From Longimicrobiales bacterium (GTDB taxonomy: Bacteria; Gemmatimonadota; Gemmatimonadetes; Longimicrobiales; Gaopeijiaceae), in NCBI GenBank assembly GCA_965238005.1, contig OZ250165.1, forward strand, positions 1,760,001 through 1,824,000: a DNA stretch of 64,000 nt, in the 5' to 3' direction. The translations under genes were made by a program, and so were the position numbers. Positions 1-10,142 of this stretch are shown here, one piece after another. The stretch's first letter is position 1. Every line of letters begins with the position of its first letter. The notes below the pieces were generated by a model, which was given only the letters and a program-made list of their open reading frames with translations, did no database searches and had not been told where the DNA came from.

Positions 1-176
1 CACGCCCAGCGATGCGCACAAAAGGGCAGAGGCGACGTCTCCGTGTGTGCACAGGACGACGGTTGCGACGCGTTCGTCGAGGGTCAGCTCATCTACGCCG
101 GGGCGCGCGCGCCTCAGCACCTCGACCACGCTCTCGACACCCCAGGTCTGATGAGTCGCATCGGGCCCACGGTGCA
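1..176 (-). pseudogene. Histidine phosphatase (phosphoglycerate mutase-like) C-terminal fragment, runs off window edge
   Basis: Minus strand reads ...HQTWGVESVVEVLRRARPGVDEL...VVLCTHGDVASALL. An in-frame TGA lies just upstream and there is no N-terminal RHG motif. Confidence 0.45.
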
Positions 177-251
177 CCGTCTGACATCACACTGAGGGGA
201 GGTCCATCCTCGACCTTGTGAGCCGGGCGACCGGCCCGGCGAGATACTGCG

Positions 252-2480
252 CTAATCTCCCTCCAGGCCTTGCCGCTCGCTGTCGAGCTCACCATCAGCT
301 TCCTCCGAGGGGAGCGACTTGCCGCACGAGGAGCAGTGGATCGCTGGGCTGCCCCACTCCTCGGACAGGATGTGCTGCGGGAGTCGTGTGGTGAGCCCAC
401 AGGCAGGGCAACTGATGTCCAGGGGCCGTAACGTACCACAATGCGCGCAGAATCGGTGATCCGACGGAAGCGCCTCACCACAGGCCAAACAGTGGACGGC
501 CTCCGATCCCTCTGTAGCGAGTCGCTCCCGTTCGCGGGCGCGATCAATGGCTGCACGGAGGCGCTCCGTAGCATCTCGCACGAGGGCCACGAGTCCGGTG
601 AGCGTCCGAGAGTGGTGTTCGGCCGCGCTCACGGCGCTGCGCAGATCCCCCTCCTCGGGTTCTCCCCCGCCGCTGGAGCGCTCCCGCTCGTGCCGTGCCT
701 CGGACAGTCGGTTCAAGATCTGTTCGAGCTGGGCTCGCTCCGGACGTTCACCTCCCTCGTCCATGGTTGTTCGAGCCTCGTGCTCCACCGCCGATGCGTC
801 GCCTAGAAGCTCCGCGATGGCGCTTCGCTCACGACGAAGCCGGTCGCTCGCCTCCTGCACAGCCGTTTCCAGGACCTTCACGACCCCTTTCAACGAATTC
901 CCACGGCCCTCAAGCAGATTGGAGCACCGCGTGGCCGCCGCCTGAAGGTCGGCGAGTCGGTGTAGGCGTGCCTCATGCGGGAGTGTCTCCCACCCGCCGT
1001 CGGGCTTCACCGCCGCCTTTGCCTTGGCCAGGGCTTTCTCGTGCAGATCCAGGAGCCTCTCGACCGCCGCCCGCTCCGCTTCGAACCCTGCCGGGGCGTC
1101 GTCCAAATCGTGGCGGGAAACCAGGTGCGTTTGCTCTTGCTCTCGAATCAGTATCCGAAGCACGTCTAGAGATTCGGTGAGCTCGTCCTCCCGGGCCTCG
1201 CGCTCCCGCCGCCCGGCCTTCTCTTCACTGTGCGACTTCCGTATGGCTGCCCAGGGTTCGTACGTCACCGTGAGGAAGGCGATGGCCACGACTGTTACAG
1301 TGAGGAAGACGATGGGGCGCTGCTGGTCGAGGAACACCCCACTGAAGACGGTGGCCAGGGTCAGCACCGCGAGCGGCATTATGCGCGTCACCGTGAACCA
1401 AGCGTCGGTGATGCGGACCCCGTGGAGCGTGAGGAGCGGCAGGCTTACCACGGCGGCCGTGGTCAGGGCGACCGTAGGAGAGCCCTGGTACCCCAGGACG
1501 GCGAAGATGCCGAAGAACATCGAGTAATTGAGGGCCAGCAGCAGGAAGTGGCCCCAACGGAAGTCGTCCAGCCTTCCGGGAGCCTGGCCCTCGCTCAAAT
1601 ACCAGAAGCCGCCACCGAACACCAGCACTGCCAGTCCCGCGAGCTGTAGGACCAGAATGACCCTGCCCAACGGGCTCGTGCCTGCTGGAAGCTCCACGAC
1701 GATGGACTTGTTCGTGATGAGGGCGTCGAAGCGCCAGCTCAGCAACGAGCCGTCTCGCTCAGCCGGCTGCAAGGCTCCGGGTGGCACGACGGCGCGAGGC
1801 GCGTTGCGGAGCCGGAGGTCTACCTGGACTGTGCCCGAGCGCCCTCGACCCACAACGTCGTAGACAAACGCGTCGCGTCCTTGGGCCGTATACGTCACGA
1901 CGGCGGTCACCGTGGCCCCCGGCTCGACGGATCCGGTCCACTCGATGCCTTCGAGCCCGTAGCTGACCTGGGGGGGATCGCTCAGGTTGCCTTGCGCATC
2001 CAGAAACTGGAGGGATACCCCACGGGCCTCGTTGATGTCAGGCGGGAAGGGAAAGCTCAGGGTGATGGTGTCCACCACCGGATCCGCGTTCCTCACCACG
2101 AACGTCGCGCTGTAGTCGGCAACGTAACGAGTGAAAACGCGGAACCCATCGAGGACATGCGATGCCCGGAGGTCCAGCTCTATCGTGGACGACTCGATCA
2201 CGGGCGGCAGCCCTCGCCCGCCGCCGGGACGTTCCCCTGCGACGGCGCTGGGAGGAGCTTGGCGGATGGGCTCGTCCGGCATATCGGCCATTTCGTCCTG
2301 TGTGCTCGCGAGCCGCGACAACATAGAGGGTATGGCCACCGCTGCGATAACCGAGATGATTACCACCACGATCAGCAGCTCTATGAGCGTGAAGCCGCCA
2401 CCCAACCAGCCGTGGCTTCGTCGTAGACCTGCCACCAATGTTCTTCTGCAGTGACGGGCGGTTCGGCTTGCGTGCTTCAT
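252..2480 (-). CDS. Prepilin-type N-terminal methylation leader fused to CreD-like membrane domain, coiled coil and double zinc ribbon
   Basis: GFTLIELLIVVVIISVIAAVAIP class III leader; soluble beta-rich region; about 6 TM segments (HFLLLALNYSMFF...); long helical region; four CxxC pairs at the C-terminus. Confidence 0.75.
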   Translation of the reverse strand: MKHASRTARHCRRTLVAGLRRSHGWLGGGFTLIELLIVVVIISVIAAVAIPSMLSRLASTQDEMADMPDEPIRQAPPSAVAGERPGGGRGLPPVIESSTIELDLRASHVLDGFRVFTRYVADYSATFVVRNADPVVDTITLSFPFPPDINEARGVSLQFLDAQGNLSDPPQVSYGLEGIEWTGSVEPGATVTAVVTYTAQGRDAFVYDVVGRGRSGTVQVDLRLRNAPRAVVPPGALQPAERDGSLLSWRFDALITNKSIVVELPAGTSPLGRVILVLQLAGLAVLVFGGGFWYLSEGQAPGRLDDFRWGHFLLLALNYSMFFGIFAVLGYQGSPTVALTTAAVVSLPLLTLHGVRITDAWFTVTRIMPLAVLTLATVFSGVFLDQQRPIVFLTVTVVAIAFLTVTYEPWAAIRKSHSEEKAGRREREAREDELTESLDVLRILIREQEQTHLVSRHDLDDAPAGFEAERAAVERLLDLHEKALAKAKAAVKPDGGWETLPHEARLHRLADLQAAATRCSNLLEGRGNSLKGVVKVLETAVQEASDRLRRERSAIAELLGDASAVEHEARTTMDEGGERPERAQLEQILNRLSEARHERERSSGGGEPEEGDLRSAVSAAEHHSRTLTGLVALVRDATERLRAAIDRARERERLATEGSEAVHCLACGEALPSDHRFCAHCGTLRPLDISCPACGLTTRLPQHILSEEWGSPAIHCSSCGKSLPSEEADGELDSERQGLEGD

Positions 2481-2882
2481 GGGCTGACATCCCCGGCAGG
2501 TGTGACTTGAGCATTCGCCGGACCCTCAAATTCCATACCGACTCAGTCTCCACGGCCCCGAATACCGCGAGCGACCTTGCCTACAGTGGTGTTGTGCACC
2601 GGAGATTCCCGGTGGGGGAGCTCGGGCTGCTGAGGCTTTCTGCCCGACCCCGTGCAGGTTGCGGGATTTTACCGGTCAGCGTAAGCCGTCTGGTGCAACC
2701 GACTTGTCAAACGGCCGATGAGTCGGCGTCTCCATCGTCCTGTTTTCGGGTCGTACCATCGACGAGGGGGATCGCTGAGTGGCTACGGTGTACTTGGCGG
2801 ATGACGTCAGGCACGAGTGCAAGGTCGCGGTCCCATGAAGGAGCCGCGGAGTCTTTTGACTAACGAGACGGAGGTGAGCGCC

Positions 2883-3467
2883 ATGCTCGAGACCACCACC
2901 CGTAGCCGCTTCTTCGGCGGCGCGGCCACGGCCACCCTGGGGCTCCTCATGCCCCGCCACGGCGCCGGGTCTGCGGCCCTGCCGGTGGCCCGCCAGGAGG
3001 CGGGCCCCGAGGCCAGGCTCCGTCGGCTCGGAATCGAACTCCCCCCGCCGCCGCAGCCCGTGGCGACGTACGTGACTGCGGTCGTCGTCGGGAACGTCCT
3101 GTACGTGGCAGGCCACACGCCGAGGCTTCCGGACGGCTCGGCGGCCTACCAAGGCAAGGTCGGGGAGGACTTCACCGTGGAGCAGGCGCGCGAGGCAGCC
3201 AGGACCGCGGGCCTCAACATCCTGTCCACGGTTCGCAGCACCCTTGGAAGCCTCGACCGCGTCGTGCGGCTCGTCCGCACCTTCGGCATGGTCAACGCCG
3301 CGCCGGGCTTCACGCAGCACCCACAGGTCATCAACGGGTTCAGCGATCTTATGGTCGAGGTCTTCGGACAAAGCGCGGGCAAGGGCACCCGCGCGGCGGT
3401 GGGCATGGGGTCGCTGCCGTCCGGGATGGCCGTTGAGATCGAGACGTTCTGGGAGGTTCGGGGGTAA
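2883..3467 (+). CDS. RidA/YjgF/UK114 family protein with N-terminal export-signal-like extension
   Basis: LGIELP...VATYV...LYVAGH...NGFSDLMVEVFG...RAAVGMGSLP...VEIE. GGAGG RBS precedes ATG 2883. Confidence 0.85.
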   Translation: MLETTTRSRFFGGAATATLGLLMPRHGAGSAALPVARQEAGPEARLRRLGIELPPPPQPVATYVTAVVVGNVLYVAGHTPRLPDGSAAYQGKVGEDFTVEQAREAARTAGLNILSTVRSTLGSLDRVVRLVRTFGMVNAAPGFTQHPQVINGFSDLMVEVFGQSAGKGTRAAVGMGSLPSGMAVEIETFWEVRG

Positions 3468-3603
3468 CGGCACTCAGAACGAGGAGGGGCGGCACGTCGC
3501 CGCCTCCCCGGCGGGGGTGGTCAACAAGTTGACATGGTGCGGCAGCTTATGCCCAAATCCGTTGTGAAGATTCCCTGATCGTAGCTGGCGTATAGATTTA
3601 GTC

Positions 3604-3819
3604 ATGACCTTGGACACGAAGCGAGACGCAGCTGAATCCCGGCGAAACGCTCTGGCCGTGTTGAGCGGAACCGCGTGGCTCCAGCAAGCTCTGGAACTCA
3701 GTCAGTTCGTGGCCGAGTTCAGTTCTGCTGGGGCTGCCGCTCGCGCGACGGCGTCGCACAACCGAGGCAAAATCCGCGCTCCGGACTCCTCACCTGCCCG
3801 TGGGTCTGGAGACCGTTGA
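3604..3819 (+). CDS. Small protein coupled to downstream nucleotidyltransferase (putative antitoxin-like partner, possibly degenerate)
   Basis: 71-aa ORF MTLDTKRDAA...QALELSQFV; its stop overlaps the TTG start of the next gene. Confidence 0.45.
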   Translation: MTLDTKRDAAESRRNALAVLSGTAWLQQALELSQFVAEFSSAGAAARATASHNRGKIRAPDSSPARGSGDR

Positions 3820-4167
3820 AGCTCGAGCAACTCTTGGGCCTGGTTGTCGGGTCCCTCAATGAGATCGGGATTCCGTATATGCTCACGGGCTCCCTAGCCA
3901 GCTCTTACCACGGAGCCCCTCGGGCCACCCAGGACGTTGGCCTCGTGGTTGAGGCCGAGGCTCCCGCTCTAATCCGGTTGACAGGCAAGCTCCAGGCCGA
4001 AGGTCTCTATGTCAGTGAGGCCGCGATTCGAGACGCCGTTGCATCTCGGGGCCTCTTCAACGCGATCGACTCGGCTTCGGGTTGAGCGTTGGGTGGGTGA
4101 GTTGGAGCTACGAGAGCAATGGGCCGCCGCTCGCGATCTGGCTCGCTCTGACATGGAACCTTCATGA
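3816..4167 (+). pseudogene. Nucleotidyltransferase-family protein with internal deletion
   Basis: IPYMLTGSLASSYHGAPRATQDV N-terminal motif stops at 4085. A plausible C-terminal tail (VERWVGELELREQW...) follows immediately in another frame. Confidence 0.65.
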
Positions 4168-4212
4168 CACTTATCAGGCCTTCAGCTCACGGCGCGGGTA
4201 GACATGGGGGTG

Positions 4213-4809
4213 CTACATCGTGCAGGCCATCTCGCCGGGCGCCGAGGGTTCCACCTCAGCGAAGGTTGGCGTCAACGCATCACCGTAGTACAGCGCGCAA
4301 CCCTCAGACGGACCAAGGGCCGCGTGCGTCGCCCATGCCGTCCAACCAGTCTGAGACGAATATAGGACGACCGTAACGCCCTGGGACTGGACGAAACTGA
4401 GATCCTCGAAGGAGGACGTATAGGCATATTGGTCCGCGTAGTAGATCTCCTCCTGTGACGCCAAGTTCTTCAGGTCCGACTTGATGGCCGCAACGTAAGC
4501 GCGCTCTCTGCCACAAGACCAGGGCGGCATCAGTGCGGCCGCAAGGATACACAGGCCGAAGGTCCAGAGCGCGGCACGGACAAGCCCCACTCGCCGGCCG
4601 AGGCACAGGGCCGCGATGGTGAGATCGAGGGCGCCAATCCCGAAGCCGAGCAGCGGCAGCCCCCAGATCAGGTGGACCGTAATCGCGCCCACCATGGTCA
4701 CACCTGCGAGGGCCCGAAGGGAGTGCCATATCGGGCCGCGCGCGTCGGAGTACTGGTTACCTCTCATCCCTGGATTCTCCGTTTTGAACTGGCGTGATGC
4801 CGTCATCAC
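4213..4809 (-). CDS. Membrane protein with type IV pilin-like globular domain
   Basis: About 3 TM helices, then AYVAAIKSDLKNLASQEEIYYAD...WTAWATH...C...C, resembling pilin C-terminal domains. No GFTLIE leader. Confidence 0.6.
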   Translation of the reverse strand: MMTASRQFKTENPGMRGNQYSDARGPIWHSLRALAGVTMVGAITVHLIWGLPLLGFGIGALDLTIAALCLGRRVGLVRAALWTFGLCILAAALMPPWSCGRERAYVAAIKSDLKNLASQEEIYYADQYAYTSSFEDLSFVQSQGVTVVLYSSQTGWTAWATHAALGPSEGCALYYGDALTPTFAEVEPSAPGEMACTM

Positions 4810-4928
4810 TCAAGAACAGGAAAGGGGCCTTGAAGTGATCATTCCAATCAAGAATGCTCTCCTTGCGCTTGATCGGGGAGCGCGGGACCTTCTCCAGCCA
4901 GGCCGCCGACTACTCTTGGGAGCGTACC

Positions 4929-5516
4929 GTGCAAGAAGGCGAAGCGCCGGACCTGACTCATCACCTCGCCAAGGCAAGAGCGGGCGATTCCGAGTCGTCT
5001 GCGCTCGTGGGTGATGCCGTCTCCGCGGAACTCCAGCGCCTGGCGCACGCGCATAGGATCCGTTGGGGCGGGGACTACACGCTCGACACGTCCGCACTCG
5101 TCGGGGAGGCGTGGATGAAGCTCTTCCGGGGCTCACAGGGCGGCTGGAACGACCGGGCCCACTTCTACCGGGTGGCGGCACGCGCCATGCGCCAGGTTCT
5201 GGTCAACTACTCAGAGATGCGGAAGGCCCAGCGCCGTCACGCCCCGGGGGGCGAACACCAACTGGACGAGAACGTGCCGCTCGTCGAGCACGATGCCCTG
5301 GTGTTGGAGCTGCATGAACAACTCGAGCGCTTGGCCGAAGAGCACCCACGCCACGCTCAGGTCGCGGAGCTCCGCTACTTTGTCGGTCTCACGATCGAAG
5401 AGACCGCCGAGGTCTTGGACGTCTCACCCGTCACGGTACGCAGAGATTGGGCCTTCACGAAGGCCTGGCTCAAGGCGAAGCTGGACGAAATGGAGTCCCA
5501 TGTCGGAGAGGACTGA
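4929..5516 (+). CDS. ECF-type sigma factor (kinase-associated type)
   Basis: TLDTSALVGEAWMKL, DRAHFYRVAARAMRQVLV, ELRYFVGLTIEETAEVLDVSPVTVRRDW. Start codon approximate. Confidence 0.9.
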   Translation: MQEGEAPDLTHHLAKARAGDSESSALVGDAVSAELQRLAHAHRIRWGGDYTLDTSALVGEAWMKLFRGSQGGWNDRAHFYRVAARAMRQVLVNYSEMRKAQRRHAPGGEHQLDENVPLVEHDALVLELHEQLERLAEEHPRHAQVAELRYFVGLTIEETAEVLDVSPVTVRRDWAFTKAWLKAKLDEMESHVGED

Positions 5517-7203
5517 GGACCCAGTTGAGCGCAGCGACGATCCGCTGACCGAGATCTTCCATGCGGCTCGGGACCTGCCCCCCCAGGAGCGACGGGCGTA
5601 TATCGAGCAGGCATGTACCGACGATCCCGAGCTTCTGAAGGAATTGATTCCGCTGATCGAGGCGCTCGACACCGACCGGGGGCGGCCGGGCCTCGAGACG
5701 GGAGCAGTGTACTCCGCTGTCGCGGCCTCGATGACCGGGAGTGGGATGATCGGACGGAGGATCGACGACTTCGAGTTGACCGAACTGCTCGGGGTGGGTG
5801 GCATGGGCGCCGTATATCTCGGGGTTCGGGTGGATGGCGGCTTCGAACAACGCGCCGCCGTCAAGTTGCTCCCCATGGGGATGGACACTCCTATAGCCCG
5901 GTGGCGATTCCATGAAGAGCGCCGTCACCTCGCAGCACTGTCTCATCCTTCTATCGCCCAGATCTACGCAGGCGGCGTGACTGAGGATGGGACTCCCTAT
6001 CTGATCATGGAGTTCGTAGACGGCCGGCCCCTCGACCGGTTCTGCGACGACCACCGGCTAACTGTCCGTCAGAGGCTGGAACTGTTCCTATCGGTCTGCG
6101 CAGCGGTCCAGCACGCCCATGAGCGCCTGGTCGTCCACCGTGATCTCAAGCCCTCCAACGTCCTCATCACCGCCGAGGGGCTACCCAAGCTTCTGGACTT
6201 CGGAATCGCCAGGGCGCTCGACGAGCACAAGCGCGCCCCCCCGGGCGAAGTGACTCGTCAAGGGCCGGCCTACACCATGTCGTACTCCAGCCCGGAGCAG
6301 ATCTCCGGCGAGGAGCTCACTACCGCCGCGGACGTTTTTTCGCTCGGAGTGGTGCTGTTTGAGCTCCTCGCAGGGGAACGGCCCTTCGGTGCCGAGCTGG
6401 CGCGGGATCCCGAGGACGCCATGAGGAGGTTTACGCGGCTGCCCTCCACCGGCGACGAAACTGCGGACCGGCGCTCGATTCCGCTGAAGAACCTTCGCCG
6501 CACTCTCAGGAAGGATCTCTCCTGGATCGTAGGAAAGGCGCTTCGCAACAACCTGGACGAGAGATACCAGACGGTCGCGGCTCTGGCCCACGACATCCGT
6601 CAGTACCTCGAGCGTCGGCCGGTCGAGGCCGGGCCACCCAGCTTGGCCTACCGACTCGAGCGCCTCGTCGCTCGGAGACCAACCGAGGTGGCTCTGGGCA
6701 TGCTGATCGTGTTCTTCGTTGGATTTTCGCTCGCCCAGACCCTGCAGGCTCGACTCGAGGGGCGGCGAGCCCGCGCGTTCAATGAGTTCCTCACGTCGAC
6801 TGTTCTCGGGCTCGCTCCGTTTCAGGATGCATCGGCCGCGTTGACTCTCGGGGAGACAGTGGACTCCGCCGTGGCGATTCTCCGGCAGGCTCCCCTGCGC
6901 TCCGAAGGGGCGCAGGCAGATGCGCTCGGAGCCATGGGAGGCGCGTATCTGAGGCTTGGTCGCCCCTCGGATGCCCGGCTCCTACTCCAGGAAGCGGTGG
7001 CTCTCCGTAGCGGTTCTCGGTCCGACTCGACGCTGGCAGAGCTTCATCACTACCTGGGCCTCGCGCATTTGGAGCTCGCCTTCGCCGACTCCGCGGAGCA
7101 CTACCTCCGAAGCGCGTTCGACGGCTACCCGCGTGGGCCCGAGAGTGCGGACCTCCGTGCGAGAGTCGCTAGGCTTCTCGACAGTCTCGCTGCGGGTTCG
7201 TAG
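5500..7203 (+). CDS. Hanks-type Ser/Thr protein kinase with TM and TPR-like tail
   Basis: LGVGGMGAVY, AVK, HRDLKPSN, DFG, YSSPEQ; overlaps the ECF sigma gene. Confidence 0.92.
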   Translation: MSERTEDPVERSDDPLTEIFHAARDLPPQERRAYIEQACTDDPELLKELIPLIEALDTDRGRPGLETGAVYSAVAASMTGSGMIGRRIDDFELTELLGVGGMGAVYLGVRVDGGFEQRAAVKLLPMGMDTPIARWRFHEERRHLAALSHPSIAQIYAGGVTEDGTPYLIMEFVDGRPLDRFCDDHRLTVRQRLELFLSVCAAVQHAHERLVVHRDLKPSNVLITAEGLPKLLDFGIARALDEHKRAPPGEVTRQGPAYTMSYSSPEQISGEELTTAADVFSLGVVLFELLAGERPFGAELARDPEDAMRRFTRLPSTGDETADRRSIPLKNLRRTLRKDLSWIVGKALRNNLDERYQTVAALAHDIRQYLERRPVEAGPPSLAYRLERLVARRPTEVALGMLIVFFVGFSLAQTLQARLEGRRARAFNEFLTSTVLGLAPFQDASAALTLGETVDSAVAILRQAPLRSEGAQADALGAMGGAYLRLGRPSDARLLLQEAVALRSGSRSDSTLAELHHYLGLAHLELAFADSAEHYLRSAFDGYPRGPESADLRARVARLLDSLAAGS

Positions 7204-7284
7204 CGCCCCTCCGACTTTACGGAGCGTCTGCGTCGTCTTCCGCGGTGCGTCGTCGGGCTCGGTGGGGATCACACTTTCCGTGGA

Positions 7285-8560
7285 TCAGGAGCGACCATGC
7301 GAGTCCACGGCGAACGAACCACCAGGTCGGTGTACACGTTTCGATTCTCTGCCCCTCGTCGGACTGGTCGCCCGCGCGAGGTACTGGCGAAAGAACTGAG
7401 GACGGTCCCTCCCGAGACTCAGATGTTCGGGACGGATGGACACCCCCGAGGCGGTGACCACTGCCCTAGCCAGGCAGTTCTCCAACTCTCGGACGTTCCC
7501 TGGTCAGTCGTGACTGGTGAGGGCCGCCAGCGTGTCGTCGGCCAGGGTAGGAGGGTCGCGTTGGAGAGAATGGCTCACGCGCCGTACGAGATGCTCCGCC
7601 AGCGCCCGAATGTCGTCCGGTCGCTCGCGGAGGGGCGGGATATCGATATCGATCACCCTGATGCGGTAGTAGAGGTCGGTGCGGAACGCCCCGCTCTCCA
7701 GGAGTGCCTCCAGATCCCTATGCGTGGCGACGATCACCCCGCGCTTCGGTGCGTCTCGGGTGATCCGAGCCGACCGCATAGATCTCCTGCTCCTGGAGGA
7801 CGCGCAGGAGGCGGCTCTGGAACTGATCGCTGGTCTCCCCGATCTCGTCCAGGAAGATGGTGCCCCGACCGGCCGAGACGAATCGCCCCGCACGGTCGCT
7901 CGAGGCACCGGTGAACGCGCCTTTCACGTGTCCGAAGAGCTCGGACTCGAGCAGGCCCTCTGGCGGGGCCGCACAGTTCACCGCCACAAATGGCTCGGCT
8001 GAGTCTGCGGAGTTGTGATGGATCGACCGGGCCACCAGCTCCTTTCCGGTCCCGCTCTCCCCCCGGATGAGCACGGTGACGCGGTTCCCCGCGGCCTGTC
8101 CCACGCGCTTGAAGACCTCGATCATCCCTGGCGTGTGCCCGATGATGTCGGTACCTGGGGGAGTCCCGTCCGCGACATCTATAGGTTCGGCGGGTACCTG
8201 CCGCCCCGAGCGTTGCTTCGGGATCTTTCCGACGACCTCACGCACCTGATGCAGGTCCAGTGGCTTGACCAGAAAATCCACGGCCCCATCCCGCATGGCG
8301 GTCGCCACCGTCGGAAGATCCTCATACGCCGACATGACGATCACGGCGATGTCGGGGCTCCGTTCCCGGAGGAGCCGCAGCAGCTCGAGCCCGTCCATAC
8401 CCGGCATTCGCACATCGACGAGGGCGACGTCCGGGTCGACTTCAGCGATCACCTGGAGCGCCCCTTCCGCACTCGCGGCGGTGGTCACCGTCACGTTCGG
8501 TCCGTCCAGCGCATCGAAGAGGGAGCGCCGGATTCGCTCGTCGTCATCGACAATGAGAAA
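7285..8560 (-). pseudogene. Sigma-54-dependent response regulator (NtrC/AtoC-like), disrupted
   Basis: REC domain (LIVDDD, DVRMPGMDG), GESGTGKE, GAFTGA. Frameshift near 7750, TGA replacing Trp of WPGNVREL at 7504-7506, no start codon, no HTH. Confidence 0.85.
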
Positions 8561-8645
8561 GGAAGAAGAGAACCTGATTGCGAGATTCGGCGACGACTAC
8601 CGGGGCTACATGGAACGTACCCGCCGCTTCTTTCCGCAGCTGTGA
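8553..8645 (+). pseudogene. C-terminal fragment of isoprenylcysteine carboxylmethyltransferase-family gene
   Basis: EEENLIARFGDDYRGYMERTRRFFP motif; fused back-to-back with the truncated NtrC 5' end. Confidence 0.6.
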
Positions 8646-9041
8646 GGAGGAGTGAGAGAGAGGGTGATCTGGCGGTCGCCCATCCTCAGGATCACCCATA
8701 ACAACCCCCTGACCCTCTGTCAGGTATGGGCTGATTCACCTCACTTGACGCTTGGATGAAGTCACTCACGACGGAACCCGCCTTCACCGCCCGCGAAGCG
8801 ATCTCGAGCCGCACCGTCCCCTGGCGCCAGGCGAAGAAGGCGACGTACAGGGTCTCATCCATCTTGGCGGTGTCGGTGGCGAAGAATCGTATTCTGCGAG
8901 AACCGGGCGATAGGTGCGATCGCTCACGGATGCCGAGGTGGCTGTCCGGTACCCGGTGCCACTCCAGCTGGCCGCAGAATCGTCTCTAAATTATGTATGC
9001 AGTGCAGGATCTCTGTCTTCCCCTAGGAGGCTAGGGCACCG

Positions 9042-9566
9042 TTGGACTTCTCCTCTGTGCTTCGCTGGAGTCGCGCATTTGCTTTCACGGTTCTCGTACC
9101 CGGCACCGTGACCGTGCTCTTGCCCTATTACATCCTTGACGGCAGCGCGTCACTCCAGCAGGTGCGGTGGGAACCGCTCGTGATCGCAGATGGGTTGGTG
9201 CTCTTAGTGGGCGTCGGGGTCTACGGTCGCTGTCTGTGGGAGTTCGTGCAGAAGGGCCAGGGTATTCCTGCGCCCATCGATCACCCCAAGGAACTGGTCG
9301 TCACCGGCCTGTATCGGTATGTGCGCAATCCGATGTATCTCGGGGTGTTTGCTATCCTCATCGGTGAAGTGCTCACCTTGGGGTCACGGGCGCTGTTCGT
9401 TTATGCGGCTGTCTGGCTTCTGGTAGTGCATATCGTCATCCTGGTGTACGAAGAGCCGAACCTCCGCGCTCGATTCGGTGAGAGTTACCAGCAGTACTGT
9501 GCGCACGTGCGGCGTTGGGTGCCCGGGCGGTCCTTCGAGGGCGGAACCAACCCATCCGCACAATGA
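9042..9566 (+). CDS. Isoprenylcysteine carboxylmethyltransferase (ICMT/PEMT) family protein
   Basis: LVVTGLYRYVRNPMYLG and EEPNLRARFGESYQQYCAHVRRW. Confidence 0.9.
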   Translation: MDFSSVLRWSRAFAFTVLVPGTVTVLLPYYILDGSASLQQVRWEPLVIADGLVLLVGVGVYGRCLWEFVQKGQGIPAPIDHPKELVVTGLYRYVRNPMYLGVFAILIGEVLTLGSRALFVYAAVWLLVVHIVILVYEEPNLRARFGESYQQYCAHVRRWVPGRSFEGGTNPSAQ

Positions 9567-9578
9567 CATGGTATTTTG

Positions 9579-9625
9579 GACATGCATCTCCATACGTATA
9601 CTTACGATACGAAGATTCGTACACC
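9579..9625. repeat. 47-bp dispersed motif, copy 1 (copy 2 at 38351-38397)
   Basis: 37/47 ungapped identity between the two copies; TACGTA core. Confidence 0.7.
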
Positions 9626-9754
9626 GATCGCCGACGCGGGCCACGCCAGATCCTGCACCCCTTTTTCGTGACTCTCCGGATAGCGTAAGTTCCTGGTTTG
9701 AAAGCCGGTCAGACCGCCGAGCGGGATTCGCTTGCCGCGGGAACAAGAGCATCG

Positions 9755-9880
9755 CGCCGCATGCACCTGTCCCCCCACGCTGATGTGCCAGAGATCCTCG
9801 CCCGTGGGGTCATCGACAGCGAAGAAGTAGCCGTCCCCGCTCCCCGAGAAGAGGAGCTCGCCTGAGGTCGTCAGGATGCG
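9755..9880 (-). pseudogene. Fragment of PQQ-dependent dehydrogenase / beta-propeller C-terminus
   Basis: ILTTSGELLFSGSGDGYFFAVDDPTGEDLW motif with no flanking gene. Confidence 0.55.
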
Positions 9881-9933
9881 ACAAACTCAGTTTCGGCCCG
9901 GAATGGAAGAGGTGCAATGACGTCTTCAGGACC

Positions 9934-10050
9934 TTGATGATCAAGAGTGAGGGGACCGCGATCCCAGCGCATGGGCGCTGCTACAACCTCACGGTCGGGA
10001 ATATCTACGAGGAGAATCTGAGAACGATCTGGAATTCGCCCTGTGTTGGG
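9934..10050 (+). pseudogene. SPASM-domain fragment of a radical SAM gene
   Basis: CYNLTVGNIYEENLRTIWNSP. Confidence 0.5.
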
Positions 10051-10142
10051 GATGTCACGTGGCCCTCTGCAACCGGAGTCGATGCGCCACCCAGACAGCG
10101 ATCGGCTTGGCCACGTCCGGGGAATTCGAGTCAGGAGAGAGA

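Noticed and set aside
7504..7506. In-frame TGA in the NtrC-like gene as Sec or Trp recoding
   Set aside because: It replaces the conserved Trp of WPGNVREL (TGG to TGA) in a gene that also has a frameshift and truncations, and other genes here use TGA as stop. Simple nonsense mutation.
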